Of a DNA stretch of 64,000 bases, positions 51,216 to 62,635 are shown in pieces. Within the stretch, counting starts at the first letter, position 1. Each line of letters begins with the position of its first letter. The DNA comes from Dimorphilus gyrociliatus. Its lineage: Eukaryota > Animalia > Annelida. The stretch covers positions 186,001-250,000 of the forward strand of contig CAJFCJ010000027.1 of assembly GCA_904063045.1 (NCBI GenBank), given 5' to 3'. The position numbers and the translations under genes are program-made. The notes under the pieces are model-generated. The model did no database searches. It was given only the letters and a program-made list of their open reading frames with translations, and was not told the origin of the DNA.

Positions 51216-54200
51216 CTGTTAAAAGACGAAGAAAAGAGAGTGTGAAGTGGAAAAAAAAATTGGATAGCAAGAAGCAATAAAAAAAGCAAAAGGCAAAAAG
51301 ATAATATAAAGGATAATTGAAATATAAAAGAGAGAGAGATGGAGAGAGGGAAAAAAAGAGATTTCAATATACACGTTTGTAAAGGTGTAAACTAAAAGTT
51401 CGCTTAGTCTATATAAAGCAAATAGAAAATAATTAAGTGTTTTTGTTGTGTGTTAATTAGTTTTAAAGACTCTTAGAGGATGAGAGAAGCTTTTCGCTTA
51501 ATTATAAACAAATGAACATCTTGAAAGAAGTAATAGAGATTAAGTATAAAATTTGTTCATGTCTAATTAATTACGGTCTAACAATATTTCTAATGAAAGA
51601 GGAAAACGAAACTTTACTATTCGATTTGTTTCGAGGAGATTTTTTTCCATTCAAGATAAAACGTACGCGTTTAATGTTGATATTTAAAGGCGGAAAAAAT
51701 GAGGGAAAAACCTTTGAACTATTGCTTTCAAGTGTGAAAACAATAGTCGTGGGAAATTTCCATGGTGGAAAATAAGCAATGTTATTTATACTAATGGGCT
51801 GGTCAAGTTTGTAGTGAGGCGTGATTAAATAAATGTTGCCCTAAAATTGATTAGATTTTTTTTATTCGTTGACGTGCAATTCCTCTCTCCGAGATTTCGT
51901 TTCTTTTTCTCTTTTTACCATTGTTAAAAATGGTAAGATTTAGTGGTAATCTAGAAGAAGAAGAAGAAGAAGAAGAAGAAAAAGGAGAACAACTAGTTAA
52001 AAGAGAAAAATCTAATACAAAATATGATTAATATTTGCTTAAAATTTCAAAAGCAATATTGGTTAATTATTTATAGAAGGGGAAAAAAATAACATATAAA
52101 AAGTAGATCTCTTTCAAAATTCAATTAGCCAGGGTTATTTACTGATACTCCTGAAAAAACACAATACACCCAAAGGCGATTAAGCAATGGGCTTAGAAAG
52201 GTATGCTAAAAATCCTTCTAATACAACTAATGTAAATATACATTTCTTCTATTCAACCTCTTTCAATAACGATATGGGAAAATTCAAAAGAAAACATTCT
52301 AGAAGGAAAATAATGAAAAAATACAAACAGATTTTTATATTTACTTACACCTGACGCATCTTTGAACCTTCTCATTTGAACATTGAAAGCAGACTAGTCC
52401 GTATGCGCAATAGCCTGTTTCCCCCTTCTCATCGCAAATCTTTCCTTGTTTGATATTAATTGTTGCTGTTGGAAGAGAGAGAAAAAAGGATATTAAAGCG
52501 ATATTTTAACTATACACTTAAAAGAAACCGATTAGAATACAACAATTCAATAATAATTAATAGCAACTCGTAATCATTCTAAAGCATAGCGTTCATTCGT
52601 TTATTCTCATTCATGCTCCATTTCAAATATGGCCAATACGGCCATCTGTTAGGAAGATGGAGAATAAAACCAAAGTAATAAATATTCATAAAGCAAACTA
52701 CTTCCAGATACTTGAACATGGCTAAGAACGGAAAATATGTATTTTATATATGAGTGGGTGTGAGAGCATAAATGGATATATAAATATATTTATTTACAGT
52801 ACTCATGCATGTATACATATTAGATGTACAGCTTTATACTATAATGTTGTACATACATTGCTTCTATAGTTGAAACAAGAGAAAAGAGGGAAGAGAGAAA
52901 GGAAGAGAGAAAGAGAAAGAGACAGAGAAAGAGTAGAATGTAAAAGAGATATGCATACTTTATATTAATGTAAATATTCACTAATATAACTCTAGTATGT
53001 ATCCTTCCTATGAATGGTAACAATGTATTTTTATTGAGATATTTGCGTTTTTAGCTTTTATGCCCTTCTATATATAGATTGCTTTTTGTCCTTATTTCGT
53101 TCTATATTAAGTTATTTCATGGTATAAAAACAAAACGAACAACTTCTCTCTTTGCAATACAATTTATATACTTAATATAATATATACTGTTTTGTATATA
53201 CTGTATATCCTGTTTATAAACAAACACAATAGCAAATATCTTGACTAAATTGCTTTATAACGGCGCGAGACGTGCCGAAAGTATCTACTCTGCCATTACG
53301 CTATTTTCTCCGGAAAAGCGTTTTAATAGACTTGCTGTCTTTCGCAACGAGACTTTCAATGAAATCAGCGGAATTAATCCACTTCAATTCGATCTAGTCG
53401 CCAACCTAAACAAATCAAGAAAATCGAGTCATTCTCCTGACATTAGACATAATCATATTGAGCGGACGACCGCAATGCTGCAGAATAGCTAGAAGGTCGG
53501 TGCGAGTAATGAATAGACGGATATTGAATGGATAAGCGCCAAGGCTAATGCTAATTTAGGATGCCAATAACAAAAATGGAAATGTAATCAAGCGAAATCT
53601 GCTTTGAACGTACTTGAGATCTTGTTTGATTAAATGCAACTTTTTTCAGTTTTTCTCTACTTAAAAATGCACGCTATTATATCGATTTAATCTCTTTATT
53701 CTTCTCACCTATAAGGTAGACAGAAACTTCTTTCTGTCAACGTTGGATTCCTCTTCACCCGCTAGACATAGACCTTTTTATGAATCCATCATCACTATAA
53801 CTATTCTATCTAGACTATTACTTAAACTTATCTTAAATTTAAAACATATAATTCAAGATTGAATTCTTTCATTTTGTTCCTTTTAACTTTTATAAATTCC
53901 CCAATCCTCCTCCTCCCTTCACTCCGCCTTCTCTCCACCTCTTCCTCATCTTATCCTCTGTTCTTTCACAGTTAAATGAATCTTTTCACTCCGGTAATTG
54001 TTCTACTCAACTACTTTTGATTTTGCGTGCAAATTTTTTGCTCTCGTACCAAGAATTTTACTCAAAAAATGCAGCCATTTTGAAATCGGATATATATTAC
54101 TAGATAAAAGTGTAATCATTGCTTAGCAACCCATTATTTAGCATCACTATGTAATTGGTTACCAGGTAATCTGATGGTTTAAAAAAATGCTCTAAAACAT

Positions 54201-56771
54201 CAGTATTTAAAATATGACGATGAATTTTTACACTTTTACAGTATAATTTGCAGTAGAGACTTTACTATAAGTATATACTTTAAAGACAATTAAGCGGAGT
54301 ATGAGTATCGCTTGCATTGTTAAAGATATATAGAAAAGCAGCATGCATATACTGTGTGTATTCTCTCTATATAGTATTTTTTAGATTGTAATAGTGATGA
54401 AAGAGAGTCACTGCTACTACATCTACTCTTTCTGTTCTGAAGAGATGGTAAATTAGGCTAATATTTATTAAGGATCACAGAAATACATCAAAAAGTTAAT
54501 TGAATAAAAAAAGAATTTACAATGGTGTCAGGGTATTGTCTAATTGAAATGTCGAGTGGAAAAATATTCAACCATTTCACCTACTACCCGCTTTTCCTCG
54601 GTCTCCTTCCCGTCTTTCTAACACCATGTATCGTTTATATTAGTATTTATATAGGGAGCATAACTGGTAAAGAAATGTCTTGGTTTTCGAACAGTCCAAA
54701 AGAAAATTAAATCTGAACCGTCTACTCATTAAAGTCATGAGAAGATTTCTCAGCGGACGCCTCATAAACGCGAGTCATTGTGCGTGAGTTGACTAGGCAA
54801 CCAGCGAAAGACGCCTGTATAGACGCGCCTTCTACCAATCGTATAGTCGTAAAACGTCACAATGGTCGCTATTTGCAACTGTCCTTCACTCTAAGCTGCC
54901 AATTTAGACGTTCTTGTTGGCGTAACGGCCGTTTTATAATATTGGAGACGAGGACGTTAGCCGAATACATTTTATTCTTTGTGGAAAAGTGAGAATGGAC
55001 AAATGAAAGGCAAAAGGGAAATGAAAAAAAAAAACAACACAGAAATGAAGCACATGTTACTCGTAGCTTTTAATAATTTCTTTTGCTTTTTGTTCCTATT
55101 TCCTTTAGAGAAGGAAAATCAAAATGGATAAAGAGAAAAACACTAATATTTCTATTCTCTTCAAGTTTGATTTATGACCCTTTAATTGTTAAAGAAATTG
55201 TTGATTTATACAGTCTTAACGAACTGTATGAATGAATGAATGAATAATTAATGAATGAAAAGAAGAATGGAAAGTAAAGGAAAAGATATTTGATTTAATT
55301 ACTAAATTTACTATAATATGGTTTGCTTTTCGTTCTTATTCATCTTATTGCAATCGAAATAGAAATGTCGTTGGTGTCACTGCGACCTTTTTGTCTTTCA
55401 AAGCAAACTTGCTCCCTATAGTGCATTAATGACTATATCCAGGTTCCCTTTTTTTTTAAGGTAAGTTTATGCTCAATAGCTGTTTCAAGTGCTGCGAATT
55501 GGTTCTCTTCTTTGATAGCAATTTGCCTTTTATACAGTCTTAACGTTTCCTTACATGTTATTCCCTCAATTGTAACGAGTTAGGTACGTAATTCCTCTAA
55601 TTTACATCTATATATCACTATCAAAAGTCCAATTTTCTACCAGGTCCGTTTGAAAGGAATGGAATAAAAGCAGTTTAGAGAGGCGACATTTCAATTCCAG
55701 ATTCTAGTACTCTTTCTTCGGCAGAGATATGTAGAGCATATACAGTATAAAGTAAAACGCCGCATATACTGTATATATTGCCTTTCGGGTAATTATTAAT
55801 AAAGAGAAAGTTGAATATACTTTACACCCTTCCAATAATAATTTACAATAGACTTATTTCGTATGAGATACGAAAAACCTTCTAGCAATAAAACTGTCCT
55901 TGGAGGGAATGAAAAGCAAAAGAACAAATAAAAACATAAACATTGAACGTTAAATATAACCTTTCAATCTTTTTCTCTCTTTAAATCTATATATTTGCAA
56001 AAGATGTTTCAATTATCGAACGAGAATTAAAACAAATCTCAAAGAATAAACTAATTGTCTAAATATAAAATGCCTTGATCCAGCCGGAAGTGCTTTAATT
56101 GAATAATCAGTATTCGGGTTAGATCGGGGTTTGACTCGAGAAAATGGACTCGGACGTGGTCGTAATCGTTATTTATTGATTTTATGGATTATAATTGTAT
56201 ACAGGCCAAAAGGAATATTCATATATTTGGCAATCCACTTAGCGTACTTTGTGTATTCTACAAAAGGGGAAAAAAATTCGTTTCTCTGACTTAAAAAAAA
56301 ACTCAACAGATAAAAGAAAAAAAAGGGGAATAAGGAGAAGAGAAGGAATTGAATAAAAATCCACAAACTCCACGGAACCGCAATATCCTGCCATTCGGGC
56401 CTTCATTTCCAAATACAAGCGTCGAATACGAATACTAGTCTCTGCAGTCAAAAGCAGATAATACCCGATTTCGCGACGTTCATTAGCTGCCGTCTACGAA
56501 CGGAATGTAAATCACCTTTTTGCGTGGCAATTTCGAGTGGTTGGCGGAAAGTGATAGCTATAGCTACCTCTTTACACCAATATGAAGGGATTAAAACAGA
56601 GCTGGAATAAGAAAGAGAGGCCCAGAAGTATAATAGGCAGAATGAAGAATGAAAATAAAAAGGTTCTTTTCCTTTATGGTTTTCAAGAAAGTTCTATTTC
56701 TTTTTCTTGCACAGTCATACATCATTTATACGACTAATAAAATGGACAAACAAAAAGTTAATTGTACAAAC

Positions 56772-56903
56772 CTCCGTCTTTAGCACACTTGTGTCTTTGT
56801 AAAGGTATATAACCTTGAGGACAAACACATTTTCTTTCCTTGCTGCAAATTGCACCACCAGCACAATGGTAATTCTTTAGACACCCCTCTTCTCCAATTA
56901 ACC
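56772..56903 (-). CDS. EB-module cysteine-rich protein, exon E (module 4)
   Basis: The exon follows a 77-nt GT-AG intron (56980-56904). Acceptor ttgtccattctcag| and donor G|gtttgt flank 132 nt, phase 1-1. Translation: (W)LIGEEGCLKNYHCAGGAICSKERKCVCPQGYIPLQRHKCAKDG. Confidence 0.9.
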
Positions 56904-56980
56904 CTGAGAATGGACAATTTTGATTTGTTTGCTTTATTACTTATATAAAATATTGAATGGTCTTTTGGAATATAACTTAC

Positions 56981-57076
56981 AAGTAGTGCAGGTATTATGC
57001 TGCTGTTTGTAACCAGGCTCGCAAACGCAGTTTTCGTCGCAGACGATGTATTCTTTGATGTACGACTCTTTTGTAG
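56981..57076 (-). CDS. EB-module cysteine-rich protein, exon D (second half of module 3)
   Basis: A weak acceptor atcattatcgacag| and a strong donor T|gtaagt flank 96 nt, phase 1-1. Translation: (A)TKESYIKEYIVCDENCVCEPGYKQQHNTCTT. It supplies the four Cys that complete the module begun in exon C. Confidence 0.85.
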
Positions 57077-60000
57077 CTGTCGATAATGATATTGTTTGTC
57101 AAGGCGGGTCGGAGGTCGTTGAAAGGCGTGTGACTGATTACGAAACGGTGAAAATTTGTCATGCGAGAAAATTTTTCATTCAGTGACAAACCCCCCCGAC
57201 CTCCGAGCCAGCTATAAGACTACAAATTGAAAAGAATACTATAAAAGCTTTAAACGACTTAATATTATTATTGTTGATCCCAAAAGGAAATTATTGTCTA
57301 AATTTTACAAACAAGATTAAATTTCATTGCACTTGTTTTACACCATGATTACTTTTTTGTTCTCAATTGTTTGCTACCAGTAGAGAGGAAGAAAGCTGAG
57401 CTAAAAACGTATGACAAACACAATTGTATTGTGACAAACAAGGACGGAATTTTAATTAAAGCACCATAAATCGATACGGCTTCATTGTGTTAAAAAATTG
57501 CTCAAGAGTCGACTTTCATCATTGCGTTGTTTGTCAGCATTTTATTAGAAACACGACCATTAGTGAATCTCTCAAGCTAAAACCAACTTGAAAGAAAATG
57601 GAGAGAGTAATTTTTGCAATTTTATGATTTTCAGATAAGTAGAGAAGAAAATGATAAACTATCCTCCCCCTCCTCCTGTTCTCCTCCTCACCCTCTTCTC
57701 CCCCCCTCATCTCCATCCTATTATTACTCTATTATTTAAATCCTCTTTCACCTCCCCTTTCCTCCACCTCTATCTCTTTTTCCATCTTCTCTCCCCTCTT
57801 CCCCTTTCTCCTTTGCCCTCCCCCACTTCCATCTCTTTTTCTGTTTCTTTTTTGTGCAGAGTAAAGTAATTAAATAGAGAAACGAAATGTGCGCAAGTAA
57901 GCTGAATTGTATTTTAGACTATTGCAATAATTCATTAGCTGAGATATTGATATGTAAACTTTTTCTTTCCTTTTTATTCTTCATGATAATACTTTTCGTC
58001 TAACCTTTTTTGTTCATTTTTAATTATTTAAATAACAACTCAGTAAAATTAATTAAATGACAAGAGACTATAATATTCAAATTTATTGTTTTACTTATCG
58101 TCTTCCTCTTTCTCTCCTTTCGTTTTTTGTCTAAATATAAAAGTTTTATTCTGAAAATGACATTATAGGTCTAATTCATTTATTTTCTCTCTCTCTCTCT
58201 TCCCCTTTCTCCCTCTCTCTCCTTCACTCATTATATATATATATATACATATATATTTCTCCTTTTTATATCGCTCTTCCTCCCTTTTTATTCCTTTATT
58301 CCTTAGTAGTTTTGCTTTAAATTAAATAGAAAACTATCGATCTTGAGAAAACGACTTTCTTGCTATCGGTCAACCGTTAATTGTATCGTTTCCGGTTAGC
58401 TATCTATATGTAAAAAAGGCGAGGACAAACTCTGACACACTAAGCGTTTTTACTAATCCTTGCATGATTGCTTATTTGCAATTGTGATGTACTTTCCAAC
58501 AGGATTTTCCTTTTTCTTAAAAATAAAACGAAACAGTCTTTTTCTATACTTTGACCATTCCCTTTTTTGCTCTTCTCTCTCCATTCATTCAATTGCTAGT
58601 CAACTGGCAACAAGCAACGAATGAGCTACAACTTCAAACAAACTTTCTCGTCTCATTGCAGACGACAAGCAGAAAATGAGCAGCGAATAATGAATATTTA
58701 AAAAGAGTTCATCAAAGATGGGCGTGATACTGATTGTCACATAAGAAGACGCGGACTGCCCCTAGCAAGATATAGATGTTTGCAGTTGATCTCCTCGTTT
58801 CTTTCGTCTTTTCGTTCAGAAACAGAAGGAGGAAGAAAAGTGATGAAAAGGAAAAACTATATATCTTTCTCTCTTTCTTTTTTTATGTATAGTATATAAA
58901 GAGTTTTATACAAGTAGTATAGATAGAGAACGGCTATAATGCATTTGTATATGCATAACAGTCAACCAACGACAGTCTGAGGTTATTACAGCTGCACGTG
59001 ATATATATTTCAATTTTAGATAACATCTATTCTCGTTTCACCGAATCTAATGCAATAATAATAAGGTCAATAAATATTATTAAGCAAAACAACAAAATCA
59101 AAACAATGAAAACATCGATAGTTTCATTAAACGAAAGAAAGGGAATCGGCGTGAAAGAGAAGGAAGGAAGGAAAAGAAAGAAAGAAAGGATAAGAAAGGA
59201 AAAGAAAGAGAGAAGGGAGAGAATGGAAAAAAATCAAGGAACAGTCGGCGGTCGTTCTTTTCTTTTTATGCTGTTTTTTTTGTCTCTTAGGACGAGAAGG
59301 GGGATTGTTTTGCCTACGGAATATATCTAAAATGTATTTACGATCTTGTAAGATGGACAAAGTAATCATAGACTTTTATGATTTCAGTAATATGATAATG
59401 ATTAACCAATTTAATAAAGGCTTTTATATCCTAAACAAGAGTATTAGAAGATGTCTACAGCGATCGTAATTCAACTATGGCTTAATAGATAATTTTATAT
59501 TTCTTTACTATAGGGAAACAGGTTGATTAGGCAGAAGAAATGAGGAGGTGGTGGAAGAATGGAGAGGGATGGAAGAGGAAAAGCATCCTACTCTTTCTAT
59601 AATAAAAAATAATAATGAAAAATATTCTCTATTCGAATTTCTCTTTATATCTAATTTTGTTGATATAAACAGTTGTCAGTTCTGATTGATAAGTTTAAGT
59701 GGAACAAGCGAGCTATTCGCCCATTTGCCGAAAAGGGTTGACCTATACCTGGGAAACAAGGGGGCTTTTATAAAAAAAATAAATAACGATAATAAATTGA
59801 GTCTGTATATCTACAAACTCTGATAAAAAAAATTAGTATAATTTCTTCTGTAAAAAGAGTAAAACTAGGGTTCAAAGTTCAAGGAGAAGTTGCGAAAAAC
59901 CAAATTTTGCTTCTCTTTCTACAGGAATAATTACACTGCAATTTAATTTGATGAAAAAAAAATATTTTTACAGTTTGTCAACTGAGATAAACGTGACAAA

Positions 60001-61397
60001 CGTATGCTTTAGCCATTAGTTATCACATATATTATTTACGGCGTAGCGCCTGTGTATTATGTCCCGTATAGATTGTTCACAATTGTAAAAGGCTGCGACA
60101 AACAACTTTACTATGTGCATCTTTTTATAATTAAATCATTTTCCAGTCAATATACTCGATTTCATACTCTGCTTAGCATAATTGGCCTGATGTATTAGTC
60201 CGCAAGACAAACTTGACAAACCACCACAATTTTTGCAAGCCAATTTAAAGCAACAAGTTAAAGGGACGACCCCATTTGAAGAAAATAAAACAAAACATAC
60301 AAAATTACACAGTAACTTTTCTTTGTGTGTAAAAAACGTTTAGCAGGATTCGTTTTGCAGTTGGCAGGTCTGTAGGACAAATAACAAAGCCCGTTTGTCG
60401 ATAGCACCTATCTTATGCAGCCTATATAATGCTAACATCTGTTTTGGATATGAGGCGTAAGAAGTATGATTATAGATTATCCTTTCTCACAGTTAAAATT
60501 GCGGCAAATGTTTTGCAGATGTTCTTACCTGCTAATGCAGGGGTTTCATAGCCAATTCACTTGAACCATCTGTTTGTTATTAGTTTAATTGTTGACTAGA
60601 GATCCGTCTATTTCCGGTACAGATTGTTTTTAGCAAACGAAATTAAAACGAATAAAACAGATCGGAAGAGAAGAGAACTCTATGCTAACGAAGTAGACGC
60701 GAAGAAGTCATTTGAATAACGCTCGTTAAAATTTCTAATTAGTCTTTCATTAATAGAATAAATTAATAACAATATAAATTTTCATCTCTAAAAGGCAAAA
60801 TTTAGGGCTAATTCTCGCTTATAAATAGAATATAGTGATAAATACGAAAAACGAGAGTGGACTCTATATCTTCCTACTACCTTTTTTTTTATAGCGTGTA
60901 AGGGGAGAATCTTTAAGGGAAAATAATTAAAAGATTAACGGCTTAAGGCTCTATAGAAAAGGCGTTATGTAGACAGAGAGAGAGAGGGGGAGGGAGAGGG
61001 GGCGGGGAGGCGCAGAGAAAAAAGAGAGAGAGAGAGAGAGAGAGAAGAGCATTGTTAGTATCTGTCTAAATGGACTGTAGGACGAATCGTATCTATATTT
61101 GCTTATGCAGTGTCCGTGTGACTCTTTACGCAAACAATCAAGAATCGCGGCTTTACACAAAAGACTTATTGAAACAAATTACTTATAGGCTGAATTTCGT
61201 TTAAAGTTTTCCCCATCAGTAAGAATAGAATTTCTTACACAAGTCGTATGGATCTATATCATTAATCATAGGTTGTCATCAATAATTACAAACATATGAA
61301 ATCGCTATAAAAGCATATAACTGTAACTATCGATCAGGCGATCAAAAGCTAATGGCTTATAAATATTCATAATCAGGAATTGCTCTAGTTTACTCAC

Positions 61398-61580
61398 CAG
61401 AGTAATGCAGACAAATATCGTCCTTAGTACATGGTTGACCAAGAAGTTTATGCTTCTCTTGCAAACAAAATCTTCCTTCTGATGAAAGTTGACCCATTTT
61501 ACATTGGCAATTACCTTGTAAGCAATGCATTCCTTCAATACATTTGCTTGTCGAATCGCACATTTGATTGCCGAGTTTCA
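61398..61580 (-). CDS. EB-module cysteine-rich protein, exon C (module 2 and first half of module 3)
   Basis: Acceptor tctttatgcaaacag| and donor G|gtgagt flank 183 nt, phase 1-1. Translation: (L)KLGNQMCDSTSKCIEGMHCLQGNCQCKMGQLSSEGRFCLQEKHKLLGQPCTKDDICLHYS. This corresponds to ORF 61390-61620 in the track. Confidence 0.92.
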
Positions 61581-61836
61581 CTGTTTGCATAAAGAATTTG
61601 CTTGTAATTAAAATACACAAAAGCTTCTCTCTACACTTTAGACTTTAGACGAAAGCGTCACTTTGTATAACTAAGAGGGTAAAATGTATATAAAAAAGAT
61701 ATTTTTTTATGTTTATAAGAGGTAAATCTTTAGACACCCGATTTACGGAGGTAGTTTGTCAGGAAATTGAATGTCAACACCAAGCCTAATTGATGCTCTT
61801 AAAGTCAACCCTAAACCATACAAAACGAATGATTTT

Positions 61837-61843
<7 letters not shown>

Positions 61844-61883
<40 letters not shown>
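61844..61883. repeat. (AT)n microsatellite in intron 2 of the EB-module gene
   Basis: Directly visible run. Confidence 0.95.
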
Positions 61884-61885
<2 letters not shown>

Positions 61886-62482
61886 CTAAACATCGTATGC
61901 CGAATATATTAGATTAATATATATATCTAATCATGTACAAGTCGGTTTGTAGTTCAACTAACAACAAAAGGGATGACAAAGATAATAAATATTTGTAACG
62001 AGCAGGTGAACAAAAGCAACGACGTACAAGTATTTATATTGTTAGAGTTAGTTAGTCAGGGTTCTTTCAAGAGGAAGATTAGGTTATTTGTCGATTTATA
62101 TCAAGTTGTTTATCGTAGACAAGTCTTTTTTTTTTATACAGCAAGCTTCTTTTATTCCCTCCCTTTTTTTTATTCTTTACCTATTTATAAGCCTGTCACG
62201 ATATATTGTTTAAAAATAATTGAGATTTTTTCCTTAGTATTCTACTTCGCGTAGTTAAACGTCTATTGAATATTCAGTGGAAGACTATAGAGAGACGCGT
62301 AAAAGTAAGAAGAACAATAAGGATTATATATCATATGTTTTGTCAGTAAGTGTCATTTATCTTGCTATTCTGTATTAGCGACTACTTTCGGAATATGAGC
62401 GAAAATTCTTTTGAGAGAAGATAAAAATGAGGATTTTTTCCCTTCTCTTCCCTTCCCCCCTCCCCCTTAAAAACATACTTAC

Positions 62483-62635
62483 GAGGTATACATTTTCCTT
62501 TTTCATCGGTCGTATAATACTTTGGTTGGCACATACATTCAGCAGCGCAGCCACTGTACAGTAGCCAGCAAACTTCACCTCGAAATGCACTGCAGTCTCT
62601 ATCAGTCGCACAAGTTGGAACGTAACATGCGACGG
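62483..62635 (-). CDS. EB-module cysteine-rich protein, exon B (module 1, 8 Cys)
   Basis: Acceptor tttttaacag| and donor C|gtaagt flank 153 nt, phase 1-1. Translation: (A)VACYVPTCATDRDCSAFRGEVCWLLYSGCAAECMCQPKYYTTDEKGKCIP. Confidence 0.9.

Noticed and set aside
55672-55800. Minus reading ICGVLLYTVYALHISAEERVLESGIEMSPL* as a transmembrane terminal exon
   Set aside because: The acceptor is poor and in phase 2, incompatible with exon E. The segment also contains two TAC[AT]GTA motifs typical of non-coding DNA here.
57106-57209. SECIS interpretation of the intronic hairpin
   Set aside because: There is no correctly placed AUGA/GA quartet or apical AA, and it lies in an intron rather than a 3'UTR.
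57325-57345. miR-92-like 11-mer attgcacttgt; also miR-7-like tggaagacta (about 62278), miR-252-like ctaagtacta (about 7116) and miR-184-like tggacggag (about 10578)
   Set aside because: Only the seed-proximal bases match, the 3' halves diverge, and there is no complementary star arm.
59291-59365. Plus-strand acceptor followed by DEKGDC..., echoing DEKGKC of EB exon B
   Set aside because: It is on the wrong strand for the EB gene, hits a stop after 24 codons, and lacks module cysteine spacing.
60529-60569. Selenocysteine reading WFK-UGA-IGYETPALAG of the 41-nt exon candidate
   Set aside because: The entry phase does not match the upstream exon, no SECIS was found, and there is no selenoprotein motif.
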